Source: Eledone cirrhosa
Lineage: Eukaryota
Length of the DNA stretch: 64,000 nt
Reading direction: 5' to 3'
NCBI GenBank assembly: GCA_964016885.1
Contig: OZ024757.1
Coordinates: 21,142,001-21,206,000 of the forward strand
Shown: positions 52,863 through 64,000 of the stretch, piece by piece
Layout of the letters: each line of letters starts with the position of its first letter
Position numbering within the stretch: position 1 is the stretch's first letter
Notes under the pieces: generated by a model
What the model was told of the DNA's origin: nothing
The model's input: the letters and a program-made list of their open reading frames with translations, nothing else
The model's database searches: none
Program-made: the position numbers and the translations under genes

Positions 52863-52865
<3 letters not shown>
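52333..52865. repeat. Two copies of a long hairpin separated by (GTGTG)n/(GT)n
   Basis: 52338-52517 is a palindrome centred on TCTATAA-G-TTATAGA; the second copy spans 52708-52865. Confidence 0.9.
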
Positions 52866-52893
<28 letters not shown>

Positions 52894-52959
52894 TAATGGT
52901 AGCTATGATGCTTCCATAGGCAGTATGCCAGTTGAGCACTCTATGTTCTTACAGAGCAG

Positions 52960-53112
52960 AGTGATTTTTCGTTTTATATTATATATTATACGTTTATTAA
53001 ATATTATACGTTTTATATTATATATTATATATATATATATATTTTACGTTTTATATTATATATTATACGTTTATTATATATCATACGTTTTATATTATAT
53101 GATTTTTCGTTT

Positions 53113-53149
<37 letters not shown>

Positions 53150-53213
53150 ACGTTTTATATCATATATTATACGTCTATTATATATTATACGTTTTATATT
53201 ATATGATTTTTCG

Positions 53214-53244
<31 letters not shown>

Positions 53245-53502
53245 TTTACGTTTTATATCATATATTATACGTTTATTATATATCATACGTTTTATATTAT
53301 ATGATTTTTCGTTTTATATTATATATATATATATATATATATTTTACGTTTTATATCATATATTATACGTTTATTATATATTATACGTTTTATATTATAT
53401 GATTTTTCCTTTTATATTATATATTATATATATATTTTATGTTTTATATTATATATTATACGTTTATTATATATTATACGTTTTATATTATATGATTTTT
53501 CG

Positions 53503-53533
<31 letters not shown>

Positions 53534-53607
53534 TTTACGTTTTATATCATATATTATACGTTTATTATATATTATACGTTTTATATTATATGATTTTCCT
53601 TTTATAT

Positions 53608-53645
<38 letters not shown>
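52960..53645. repeat. AT-rich minisatellite with TTACGTTTTATATTATA motifs
   Basis: Direct reading. Confidence 0.9.
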
Positions 53646-53647
<2 letters not shown>

Positions 53648-53805
53648 CCACACTGTAAATGTGGTTGGAGTTAGGAAGAATCCAGCTGTAGAAAACCCGC
53701 CAGACAGTCCTATACGAGCAAGACAACCAATCTTGCCTCACGTGAGACAATTCCCGTCTAAACCCATGCTAACATGGAAGATAGACGTTAAAGAATGATG
53801 ATGAT

Positions 53806-53841
<36 letters not shown>

Positions 53842-55084
53842 TACATAAACCCATTTTCCACTCACTTGTTAATTTGTGTTTGAGATAAGTTGGAGAGTAC
53901 TTATGGCGGGAGTGGAACTATTTGAATATTGACTCCTACTCTTATGTACATTTCTGAACCAGTAGCCAATCAGTTGACGGCACTATGTTGACACGTAGGG
54001 ATTTCAGTTACTAATGTTTTACTGTGTTGACCGTCACATTCACTGTCGTAGCCAACACAGACTGGAATCAAATTCTGTCGATTGATTGGTTATTGATTAG
54101 GCGAAACCCACTGATGAAGCCACATGCACCGATTGTGCATTGTTGCATAATAAATGCAGACAGTGATGCTGTGCACTCTAGTGCTGCATTATGTGTGGCT
54201 GAAACTTGAATACGGGTATAGATTGAAAGTACCCATTTACATGTGTTGTGTTAAAGTAAATAACTATGTGTTTACTCTGGGATTTTTACATAAACTTACC
54301 TATTGAGTATGCTGAGATGTAACCGGTACTAGTAGTGAAACCCATGCTAGTCCTGTCAACTTATTATATATATCCTGATGAAGGACTAACATTCAAAACA
54401 TCCACAATATTTAGAAACTTTTCTAACATTAAACTAATATATATCATCATTGTACTGTATTGTTCTCTTATGTTGTTTTTCTTCGTTGACTGTTCTCATA
54501 TGTACACACACACACGTATATACACACACATGTATATATATATACACATACATAAATGAATAACAAGTTATATGGTGCCATCCTATAGATTTATTTTCAT
54601 TTTCCATCTTAGATTAATGCTTGTAAATGTTATATATTACATATATGACATGTATATATATATATATATACACACACATATATATATATATATATACACA
54701 CACATATATTAATACATACATTTATGTTTACATGTGTGTGTGTATATATATATATATATATAATATATATATATATATACACATGTAAACATAAATGTAT
54801 GTATTAATATATGTGTGTGTATATATATATATATATGTATGTATATACATACAGAGACAGACACACACAAACACACACATTTATATATACAAACATACGT
54901 ATAAACCCAGATATGTTGGAAATGACTAGTTTCTGTCTTGAGTTTAACCATTCATAATTCCAAGACAAATGGAAGAGAGGAGGATTCTTCACAAAATATA
55001 GAATTTCCAAAGTGTTTAATTATTATATTTTCTTCATGATGAATTACTTTGTAAGCTGGACAATAGCCTGACACCATCGATTAG

Positions 55085-55264
55085 TCATTCAGACAAAAAT
55101 TGCTGCCTCCCCTCCATAACGCCTTCCAGTGTGCGGAAGAGAAGACTGCATTGGTATGGACATGTGATGCACATATTTATACATATATATATACATATAT
55201 ATATATATATACACATATATATATATATATATACACATATATATATATATATACATATACATAC

Positions 55265-55296
<32 letters not shown>

Positions 55297-55652
55297 ATAT
55301 ATATATATGTATACACATATATATATATATACACATATAGATATATACATGCATATACATATAATAATAATAATAATGAAATTATTGTGTAAAGTGCTCA
55401 GGTGCACTACAACTCGTCAACTCTTATGTATATATAAATATATACATACATATACATATATACATTTGCATATACATATATACAAAAAAGTGCAGGGCAA
55501 TAAAGATAGACGGTAGCCATGGAGTAGGCAGACCCAGAAAAAACCTGGGACGACCTGATAAACTCCGACCTCACACACTTACACCTCTCCAAGACAATGT
55601 CACTGGACCGAGATCTTTGGCGGCACTCAGTAATAGAGAAGACACGCCTTAC
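55085..55652 (+). pseudogene. Degenerate RTE C-terminus split by a microsatellite and a CR1 tail
   Basis: [10 protein letters not shown] ... RPRKTWDDLINSDL..DRDLWRHSVIEKTR. Confidence 0.7.
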
Positions 55653-55789
55653 CTAAATACAAAGTAAAACCTACTACAGTCAGTAGGCATCTCTAACAAA
55701 ACACACCCCCGTCCCACCAACCCCCACCCCATCCACGCCACCCCTTTCAATGTAAAGTTATGTTGGTGCCACAACATCCAGGCCGAAAC

Positions 55790-56045
55790 AAATGAGATCG
55801 TGTAGGTGTCACGACAAAAAAACACACAGTCCACGCTGTAATGTGGCCGTGTAGGCAACACGGTAAAAACCTCTCAGTCCCACACTGTAAATGTGGTAGG
55901 TGTTAGGAAGGGCATCCAGCTGTAGAAAACCCGCCAGAGAGTCCTATACGAGCAAGATAACCACTCTTGCCTCAAGTGGGAAAACTCCCGTCCAAAACCA
56001 TGCAAGCGTGGAACATGGACGTTAAACGATGATGATGATGATGAT
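55790..56045 (+). mobile_element. SINE 3' part with the type 2 RTE-like tail; related copies at ~53648-53808 (+) and ~58800-58935 (-)
   Basis: AGGAAGGGCATCCAGCTGTAGAAAACCCGCCAG..CCATGCAAGCGTGGAACATGGACGTTAAAC(GAT)n. Confidence 0.7.
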
Positions 56046-56164
56046 CATATATATATACATCATCATCATTTTACGTCCGCTTTTCTCTACATATACATAT
56101 ATATATATACATACATATACACACATATATATATATAGATATACATATATATATATACATACAT

Positions 56165-56488
56165 GGAGGCATATGGCTTAGTGGTTAGAGCATTAGCCTT
56201 GCAATCGAAAGGTTGTGAGTTCAATTCTCGGACCGGGTGATGTGTTGTTTCCTTGAGCAAGACACTTTATTTCACATTGCTCCAGTTTACTCAGCTGTAG
56301 AAATGAATGGGGTCCCTATCATTCCACTGCAAAGTGGTCGTGGAGGTGCCACGGCAAAAAAGCACCCAGCACTCACTGTAAATGAGGTTGGTGTTAGGAA
56401 GGGCATCCAGCTGTAGAAATCAATCCAGAATCAGTTCCCGTCCCACCCTTACAAGCAGGGAAAAGCGGATGTATGATGATGATGATGA
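56165..56488 (+). mobile_element. Full-length CORE-type SINE (family A)
   Basis: Family A sequence. Confidence 0.9.
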
Positions 56489-56612
56489 TACATATATATA
56501 TAGATATATGTACACACATGCATATATATGTACACACACACATATATATATACATATACACACATATATATATATATACATATACGCACATATATATATA
56601 TGTACACACGCA

Positions 56613-56644
<32 letters not shown>

Positions 56645-56709
56645 CATATATATGTACGTACACACACACACATATATATACACACATATACATACTTTTA
56701 AATATATAC

Positions 56710-56743
<34 letters not shown>

Positions 56744-56779
56744 ATTTATGTACGGGTATATATGTGTGTGTGTATACAT

Positions 56780-56823
<44 letters not shown>

Positions 56824-57327
56824 TACACTCTCACATAGATTCATGCATACATTTTCACACAGACACACACACTCACACATACACTGTAGATATATCTCTC
56901 AGTGAAGAAAAAAAAGACATCTGTGAATTAATTTAACTAATTAGATCTAAGTCCACGCAGACATTTTCATTAGTGATACAAAGTTTGCTTTATTAAAATT
57001 CCTAAAGCCATTTGATGATTGATGATGCATTAATTAATTATATCTTAGCAATCTGCTATTGTGTTTCAATCAAGTTGAGACAACATACAATACATATAGT
57101 GTTTATTATATAATACCAAGCCCCTGTTTTTCTGGTTGATTTAGTTTTGTTGGAGCGAGGATAAAGAGAGAGAAACCCTATCCCTTCCATCCAATTGTTG
57201 GTGATGGTTGACCAGGGGTTTTGTATCTAGAATGTTCCCCTCCAAGGCTGAGCAAGGTTAATATATAGAATGGTGTACTCATGTACAGAGGTGCTATAGA
57301 ATAGCTTATAAAATAGGGTGAAGACCC

Positions 57328-58141
57328 TAAAAGATGGAAAAAGAAGTTGGAAAAAGAAGGAAAAAGAAGTTGGAAAAAGAAGGTAAAAGAAGTTGGAAAA
57401 AGAAGGTAAAAGAAGTTAGAAAAAGAAGTTGGAAAAAGAAGTTGGAAAAAGAAGTTGGAAAAAGAAGTTGGAAAAAGAAGTTGGAAAAAGATGGAAAAAG
57501 AAGTTGGAAAAAGAAGTTGGAAAAAGAAGTTGGAAAAAGAAGTTGGAAAAAGAAGTTGGAAAAAGAAGTTGGTAAAAAAAGTTGGTAAAAGAAGTTGGAA
57601 AAAGAAGTTGGAAAAAGAAGTTGGAAAAAGAAGGAAAAAGAAGATAGAAAAAGAAGATGGAAAAAGAAGTAGGAAAAAGAAGTAAAAAGAAGATGGAAAA
57701 AGAAGGAAAAAGAAGATGGAAAAAGAAGTTGGAAAAAGAAGGAAAAAGAAGATAGAAAAAGAAGGAAAAAGAAGATAGAAAAAGAAGATGGAAAAAGAAG
57801 TTGGAAAAAGATGTAAAAAGAAGATGGAAAAAGAAGGAAAACGAAGATAGAAAAAGAAGATAGAAAAAGAAGATGGAAAAAGAAGATGGAAAAAGAAGTT
57901 GGAAAAAGAAGGAAAAAGAAGATAGAAAAAGAAGATGGAAAAAGAAGTTGGAAAAAGAAGTAAAAAGAAGATGGAAAAAGATGGAAAAAGAAGGAAAAAG
58001 AAGATAGAAAAAGAAGTTGGAAAAAGAAGTTGGAAAAAGAAGGAAAAAGAAGATGGGAAAAAGATGGAAAAAGAAGTTGGAAAAAGAAGTTGGAAAAAGA
58101 TGGAAAAAGAAGTTGGAAAATGAAGATGGAAAAAGAAGTTG
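57328..58141. repeat. Polypurine minisatellite (GAAAAAGAAGTTG)n and variants
   Basis: Direct reading. Confidence 0.95.
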
Positions 58142-58934
58142 CCATCAGCTGTTCTGAGGAATTGAGCCTCATAACTGCCAGATACCAGCTTTATCTTCTC
58201 AGTACTTTGTAAGAGTCTGAGAGATCAGCTCTGTATATACCCTGAGTGAGGTGTTTTTATGGAAAGTCAGCAGTCATCCATGCATGACAGTCTTCCTTCT
58301 CTACATCACTGATATTTTTCCAAGGGGAAGGCAAAAGCAGACTCAGCCTAGCCTGGCACTAGTGATACTGCAACTTATATATACACTATATACATACACT
58401 ATATATACACTATATATACTCTATATATACTCTATATATACTCTATATATACTCTATATATACACTATATATACTCTATATATACTCTATATATACTCTA
58501 TATATACACTAATTGTACACTATATATATGATGTTGATGGTAAAGTGAAAGTCTGATACAGCTCAGCACCAGTGACATAGCAACTAATATTTTATCAGCT
58601 GAGTGAAGATGAAACCAAGTGTCTTGTTGAAGGACACAATACACTTCATGGTTCAGCAATCAACTTCAACATAGTGAACCCAACACTCTAACCACTCAGC
58701 CACACCTTCAGTTTATTAAACATACCTGCGCACACGCACACACACACACACACACACAATCATCATCATCATCACCACCACCACCACCACCATCCTCATC
58801 ATCATTTAACGTCCATCTTCCACGCTAGCATGGGTTAGACGGGAGTTGTCCCACTTGAGGCAAGGCTGGTCGAGTGACCGGGTCTCGCTCATATAAGACT
58901 ATCTGGCAGGTTTTCTACGGCGAGATGCCCTTCC

Positions 58935-58968
<34 letters not shown>

Positions 58969-59128
58969 TTAAAGCGTTATACTAATATATTCCTTCCATA
59001 TACTGTACCAGATTGTGTTGCTATTTCTGTTTACCTTTTACACACACACACACACATGTATATATATATATATAAATATTTATAAACGATATATTAACAA
59101 ATGGAAACTATATTTATAAAACCATATT

Positions 59129-59193
59129 TATTTCATTATACATATTTCAAGGACACCAAGTCAAATTATGGTGCGCTTTCATCAAATAAAATA
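59129..59193 (-). ncRNA. Hammerhead motif, family 1, core mutated to TTGATGA (element ~59085-59252)
   Basis: Near-identical reverse complement of 32106-32170. Confidence 0.55.
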
Positions 59194-59409
59194 TAATATA
59201 GATCAGTTTTATAAATAAATATTGACATACCCTTAAAGAATGCAACCATTTCCATATATATATATATATATACCCATGCGCTTATACTTCATTTACATAT
59301 CCATCCTAAAGATTTGAAATTTTTCTCTTTTTCTTCAACTATCCAAACTGAACTTGAACCGATAAGATCTGGTTTCTGAGGTATGTCACTATTTATAAAA
59401 CAAATTTTG

Positions 59410-59473
59410 TATTTTATCTGATGAGCACGTACCAAAGTTTTTTTGGTACCCTTGAAATATATATAATAAAATA
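59410..59473 (+). ncRNA. Minimal type I hammerhead ribozyme (family 1) in element ~59285-59607
   Basis: TATTTTAT-CTGATGA-GCACGTACCAAA..TTTGGTACCCTT-GAAA-TATATA-TA-ATAAAATA; base of stem II mismatched. Confidence 0.7.
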
Positions 59474-59605
59474 AATATGGTTTTATAAATATAGTTTCCA
59501 TTTATTAATATCATTGAATATTATACTCCAGGAAACTTGTTGAGTGCTTCGAATTTGTTATAAGTAAATTTGTTGAATAACCAACAAATTAAATATCTCT
59601 TTGCT

Positions 59606-59656
<51 letters not shown>

Positions 59657-59764
59657 GTATGTATATATATATATATATATACGTTATTCCGGGTTGAATC
59701 GGAGGTAACCACAGTAAGTAAGGTGCTCAATACATAGCAGAGTATAAAAGTTTTAATATAGATG

Positions 59765-59815
59765 AGATTCTACAGGACTAGAACTGTTTCATTCTTTAGA
59801 AATCATCAGGAATCT
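59765..59815 (-). ncRNA. Type I hammerhead motif (family 2) in element 59681-59970
   Basis: Identical to 21665-21715; the element ends in a short inverted copy. Confidence 0.7.
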
Positions 59816-59988
59816 GGCTTTCCAAAAATAAATGTTGTGGTATTTATATCTTTTCAGGTGGTCGGAGAGGGTGGGGAGTGGGATGGGTGGAGGTCATTGG
59901 TTGAAAGAAAAGGGAATTCAATTTTATTGAAACAATTCTAGTCCTGTAGAATCTCATCTTTATTAAAACTTATACATATATATATATA

Positions 59989-60477
59989 TCATCATCATCA
60001 TCATCATTTTACGTCCGCTTTTCCCTGCTTGCAAGGGTGGGACGGGAACTGATTCTGGCTTGATTTCTACAGCTGGATGCCCTTCCTAACACCAACCTCA
60101 TTTACAGTGAGTGCTGGATGCTTTTTTGCCGTGGCACCTCCACGTCCACTTTACAGTGTGGGCTGGGTGCTTTTTTGCCGTGGTACCTCCACGACCACTT
60201 TGCAGTGTGGGCTGGGTGCTTTTTTGCTGTGGCACCTCCATGTCCACTTTACAGTGAGTGCTGGGTGCTTTTTTGCCGTGGCACCTCCATGTCCACTTTG
60301 CAGTGGAATGATAGGGACCCCAGTCCCTATCATCTCATTTCTACAGCTGATTAAACTGGAGCAATGTGAAATAAAGTGTCTTGCTCAAGGAAACAACACA
60401 TCACCCGGTCTGAGAATTGAACTCCACAACCTTTCGATTGCAAGGCCAATGCTCTAACCATTAAGCCATGTGCCTCC
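59989..60477 (-). mobile_element. CORE-type SINE with an internal ~50-bp unit amplified about 4 times
   Basis: Family A with repeated ACAGTG.G.GCTGGGTGCTTTTTTGCCGTGGCACCTCCA.GTCCACTTT. Confidence 0.88.
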
Positions 60478-60629
60478 ATATATATATATATATATATATG
60501 TTCCACTGTTGTGTTGTCAGCAGTAAATTGGTTTCACCTACACTGACATAACATCAACACACTTTAACAATATTGCAGCTTTCTTTTTAAAGGATAGGAT
60601 AGGAGGGAGTGGGGGGGGGGGGCTGATGT

Positions 60630-61135
60630 TTGGTGGTGTGGTGGTGGTATTGGTAGTAATGGTGGTAGTGGTGTAGTGGTGGTAGTGGTGTAGTGGTGGT
60701 AGTGGTGGTGGTGATGGTAGTAATGGTGGTAGTGGTGGTGGTGATGGTAGTAGTGGTGTAGTGGTGGTAGTGGTAGTGGTGATGGTGGATAGTGGTGGTG
60801 GTGATGGTAGTAATGGTGGTAGTGGTGGTGGTGATGGTAGTAATGGTGGTAGTGGTGGTGGTGATGGTAGTAGTGGTGTAGTGGTGCTAGTGGTGATGGT
60901 GGTAGTGGTGGTGGTGATGGTGGTAGTGGTGTGGTGATAGTGGCTGTTTGTAGTGGTGGTGGTGGTATTAAGGTGTAGTAGTAGTGGTGTTACGGTGTAG
61001 TAGTGGTGGTGGTGGTGTTAAGGTGTAGTGGAGGCTGTAGTAGTGTTAAGATGTAGTAAAGGCCGTAGTAGTGTTAAGATGCAGTAAAGGCCGTAGTAGT
61101 GTTAAGATGTAGTAGAGGCTGTAGTAGAAGTAGTA
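60630..61135. repeat. (GGT/AGT)n low-complexity tract
   Basis: Direct reading. Confidence 0.9.
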
Positions 61136-61242
61136 GGTTTCTTCTCACAAAGATCAGATGACACAAAATTAAGTCAGAGAAACCAAATCAATAATGTTGG
61201 AAAAAGCTATTTTATATTTTATTAACTTTTCATCGATCTTAT

Positions 61243-61914
61243 TTTATGCTATTAGCTTTAGTGACGGAACTGGTCGTCAACGAATTTATGCTATTAGCTT
61301 TAGTGACGGAACTGGTCGTCAACGAATTTATGCTATTAGCTTTAGTGACGGAACTGATCGTCAACGAATTTATGCTATTAGATTTAGTGACGGAACTGAT
61401 AGTCAACGAATTTATGCTATTAGCTTTAGTGACGGAACTGATCGTCAACGAATTTATGCTATTAGCTTTAGTGACGGAACTGATCGTCAACGAATTTATG
61501 CTATTAGCTTTAGTGACGGAACTGATCGTCAACGAATTTATGCTATTAGCTTTAGTGACGGAACTGATCGTCAACGAATTTATGCTATTAGCTTTAGTGA
61601 CGGAACTGATCGTCAACGAATTTATGCTATTAGCTTTAGTGACGGAACTGATCGTCAACGAATTTATGCTATTAGCTTTAGTGACGGAACTGATCGTCAA
61701 CGAATTTATGATATTAGCTTTAGTGACGGAACTGATCGTCAACGAATTTATGCTATTAGCTTTAGTGACGGAACTGATCGTCAACGAATTTATGCTATTA
61801 GCTTTAGTGACGGAACTGATCGTCAACGAATTTATGCTATTAGCTTTAGTGACGGAACTGATCGTCAACGAATTTATGCTATTAGCTTTAGTGACGGAAC
61901 TGATCGTCAACGAA
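61243..61914. repeat. 42-bp minisatellite, ~16 near-identical copies
   Basis: TTTATGCTATTAGCTTTAGTGACGGAACTGATCGTCAACGAA. Confidence 0.97.
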
Positions 61915-62071
61915 ACCTTCCATTAGTAATGTTATTAGTTTAGGGTTAATAAAGAAATCATTATTATTATTATTATTATTATCACCATCAACTTTTTCAA
62001 GATCAACTTGGAAAGGAGGGTGAAGGAAGTGTCGTTGCCCCCACCCAGTACATATTTTATAAGGTGGGGGC

Positions 62072-64000
62072 GAATATAGTGAGGGTGGCCCCAGTGAATG
62101 TAGCGAGGTTGGCCTCAGTGAATGTAGCGAGGGTGACCCCAGTGAATGTAGCGAGGGTGGCCCCAGTGAATGTAGTAACATTGGCCCCAGTGAATGTAGC
62201 AAGGTTGGCCCCAGTGAATGTAGTAACATTGGCCCCAGTGAATGTAGCGAGGGTGACCCCAGTGAATGTAGTAACATTGGCCACAGTGAATGAGCGAGGG
62301 TGGCCCCAGTGAATGTAGTAACATTGGCCCCAGTGAATGAGCGAGGGTGGCCCCAGTGAATGTAGTAACATTGGCCACAGTGAATGAGCGAGGGTGGCCC
62401 CAGTGAATGTAGTAACATTGGCCCCAGTGAATGTAGCGAGGGTGACCCCAGTGAATGTAGTAACATTGGCCACAGTGAATGAGCGAGGGTGGCCCCAGTG
62501 AATGTAGTAACATTGGCCCCAGTGAATGAGCGAGGGTGGCCCCAGTGAATGTAGTAACATTGGCCACAGTGAATGAGCGAGGGTGGCCCCAGTGAATGTA
62601 GTAACATTGGCCCCAGTGAATGTAGCGAGGGTGACCCCAGTGAATGTAGTAACATTGGCCCCAGTGAATGTAGCGAGGGTGGCCCCAGTGAATGTAGTAA
62701 CATTGGCCACAGTGAATGAGCGAGGGTGGCCCCAGTGAATGTAGCGAGGGTGACCCCAGTGAATGTAGTAACATTGGCCCCAGTGAATGTAGCGAGGGTG
62801 ACCCCAGTGAATGTAGTGAGGGTGACCCCAGTGAATGTAGTAACATTGGACACAGTGAATGAGCGAGGGTGGCCCCAGTGAATGTAGTGAGGGTGACCCC
62901 AGTGAATGTAGTAACATTGGCCTCAGTGAATGTAGCGAGGGTGACCCCAGTGAATGTAGCGAGGGTGGCCCCAGTGAATGTAGTAACATTGGCCCCAGTG
63001 AATGTAGCAAGGTTGGCCCCAGTGAATGTAGTAACATTGGCCCCAGTGAATGTAGCGAGGGTGACCCCAGTGAATGTAGTAACATTGGCCACAGTGAATG
63101 AGCGAGGGTGGCCCCAGTGAATGTAGTAACATTGGCCCCAGTGAATGAGCGAGGGTGGCCCCAGTGAATGTAGTAACATTGGCCACAGTGAATGAGCGAG
63201 GGTGGCCCCAGTGAATGTAGTAACATTGGCCCCAGTGAATGTAGCGAGGGTGACCCCAGTGAATGTAGTAACATTGGCCCCAGTGAATGTAGCGAGGGTG
63301 ACCCCAGTGAATGTAGTAACATTGGCCACAGTGAATGAGCGAGGGTGGCCCCAGTGAATGTAGTAACATTGGCCACAGTGAATATAGTGAGGGTGACCCC
63401 AGTGAATGTAGTAACATTGGCCACAGTGAATGAGCGAGGGTGGCCCCAGTGAATGTAGTAACATTGGCCCCAGTGAATATAGTGAGGGTGACCCCAGTGA
63501 ATGTAGTAACATTGGCCACAGTGAATGAGCGAGGGTGGCCCCAGTGAATGTAGTAACATTGGCCACAGTGAATGAGCGAGGGTGGCCCCAGTGAATGTAG
63601 TAACATTGGCCACAGTGAATGAGCGAGGGTGGCCCCAGTGAATGTAGTAACATTGGCCACAGTGAATGAGCGAGGGTGGCCCCAGTGAATGTAGTAACAT
63701 TGGCCACAGTGAATGAGCGAGGGTGGCCCCAGTGAATGTAGCGAGGGTGACCCCAGTGAATGTAGTAACATTGGCCCCAGTGAATGTAGCGAGGGTGACC
63801 CCAGTGAATGTAGTAACATTGGCCACAGTGAATGAGCGAGGGTGGCCCCAGTGAATGTAGCGAGGGTGACCCCAGTGAATGTAGTAACATTGGCCCCAGT
63901 GAATGTAGCGAGGGTGACCCCAGTGAATGTAGTAACATTGGCCACAGTGAATGAGCGAGGGTGGCCCCAGTGAATGTAGTGAGGGTGAGTCCAGTGAATG
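62072..64000. repeat. 23/24-bp satellite with variant monomers and higher-order arrangement, running off the window
   Basis: Constant CC(C/A)CAGTGAATG(T)AG with alternative heads TAACATTGG, CGAGGGTGG and CGAGGGTGA. Confidence 0.97.

Noticed and set aside
54370-54412. CTGATGA followed by a possible hammerhead
   Set aside because: GAAA and the stems are not intact; at best a decayed remnant
57327-58172. Lys/Glu-rich or Phe/Ser-rich ORFs
   Set aside because: Polypurine minisatellite artefact
61194-63945. ORFs up to 607 aa
   Set aside because: Satellite translations with frame switching at the 23-nt monomers

Overview
Eukaryotic, AT-rich, repeat-saturated DNA with no intact long gene. The SINE and microsatellite repertoire points to a cephalopod (Octopus-like) intronic or intergenic region; this is inferred, not searched. 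Nearly all ORF-track entries are translation artefacts of microsatellites and minisatellites. The window holds two tRNA-derived SINE families (CORE-type with an RTE-derived tail, and Deu/Nin-type), fragments of RTE, CR1/L2, CRE-like and Tx1-like LINEs, TTAA-flanked piggyBac-like MITEs, more than 10 tandem satellites (several born from TE pieces) and two candidate short coding exons on the minus strand. The main finding is a set of non-coding, often fold-back elements sitting in (TA)n tracts. Together they carry about 14 type I hammerhead ribozyme motifs, intact or variant, in several families, with covarying stem II and palindromic stem III loops. They are most likely non-autonomous Penelope-like elements. 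Coordinates were read by eye, so repeat boundaries are approximate.
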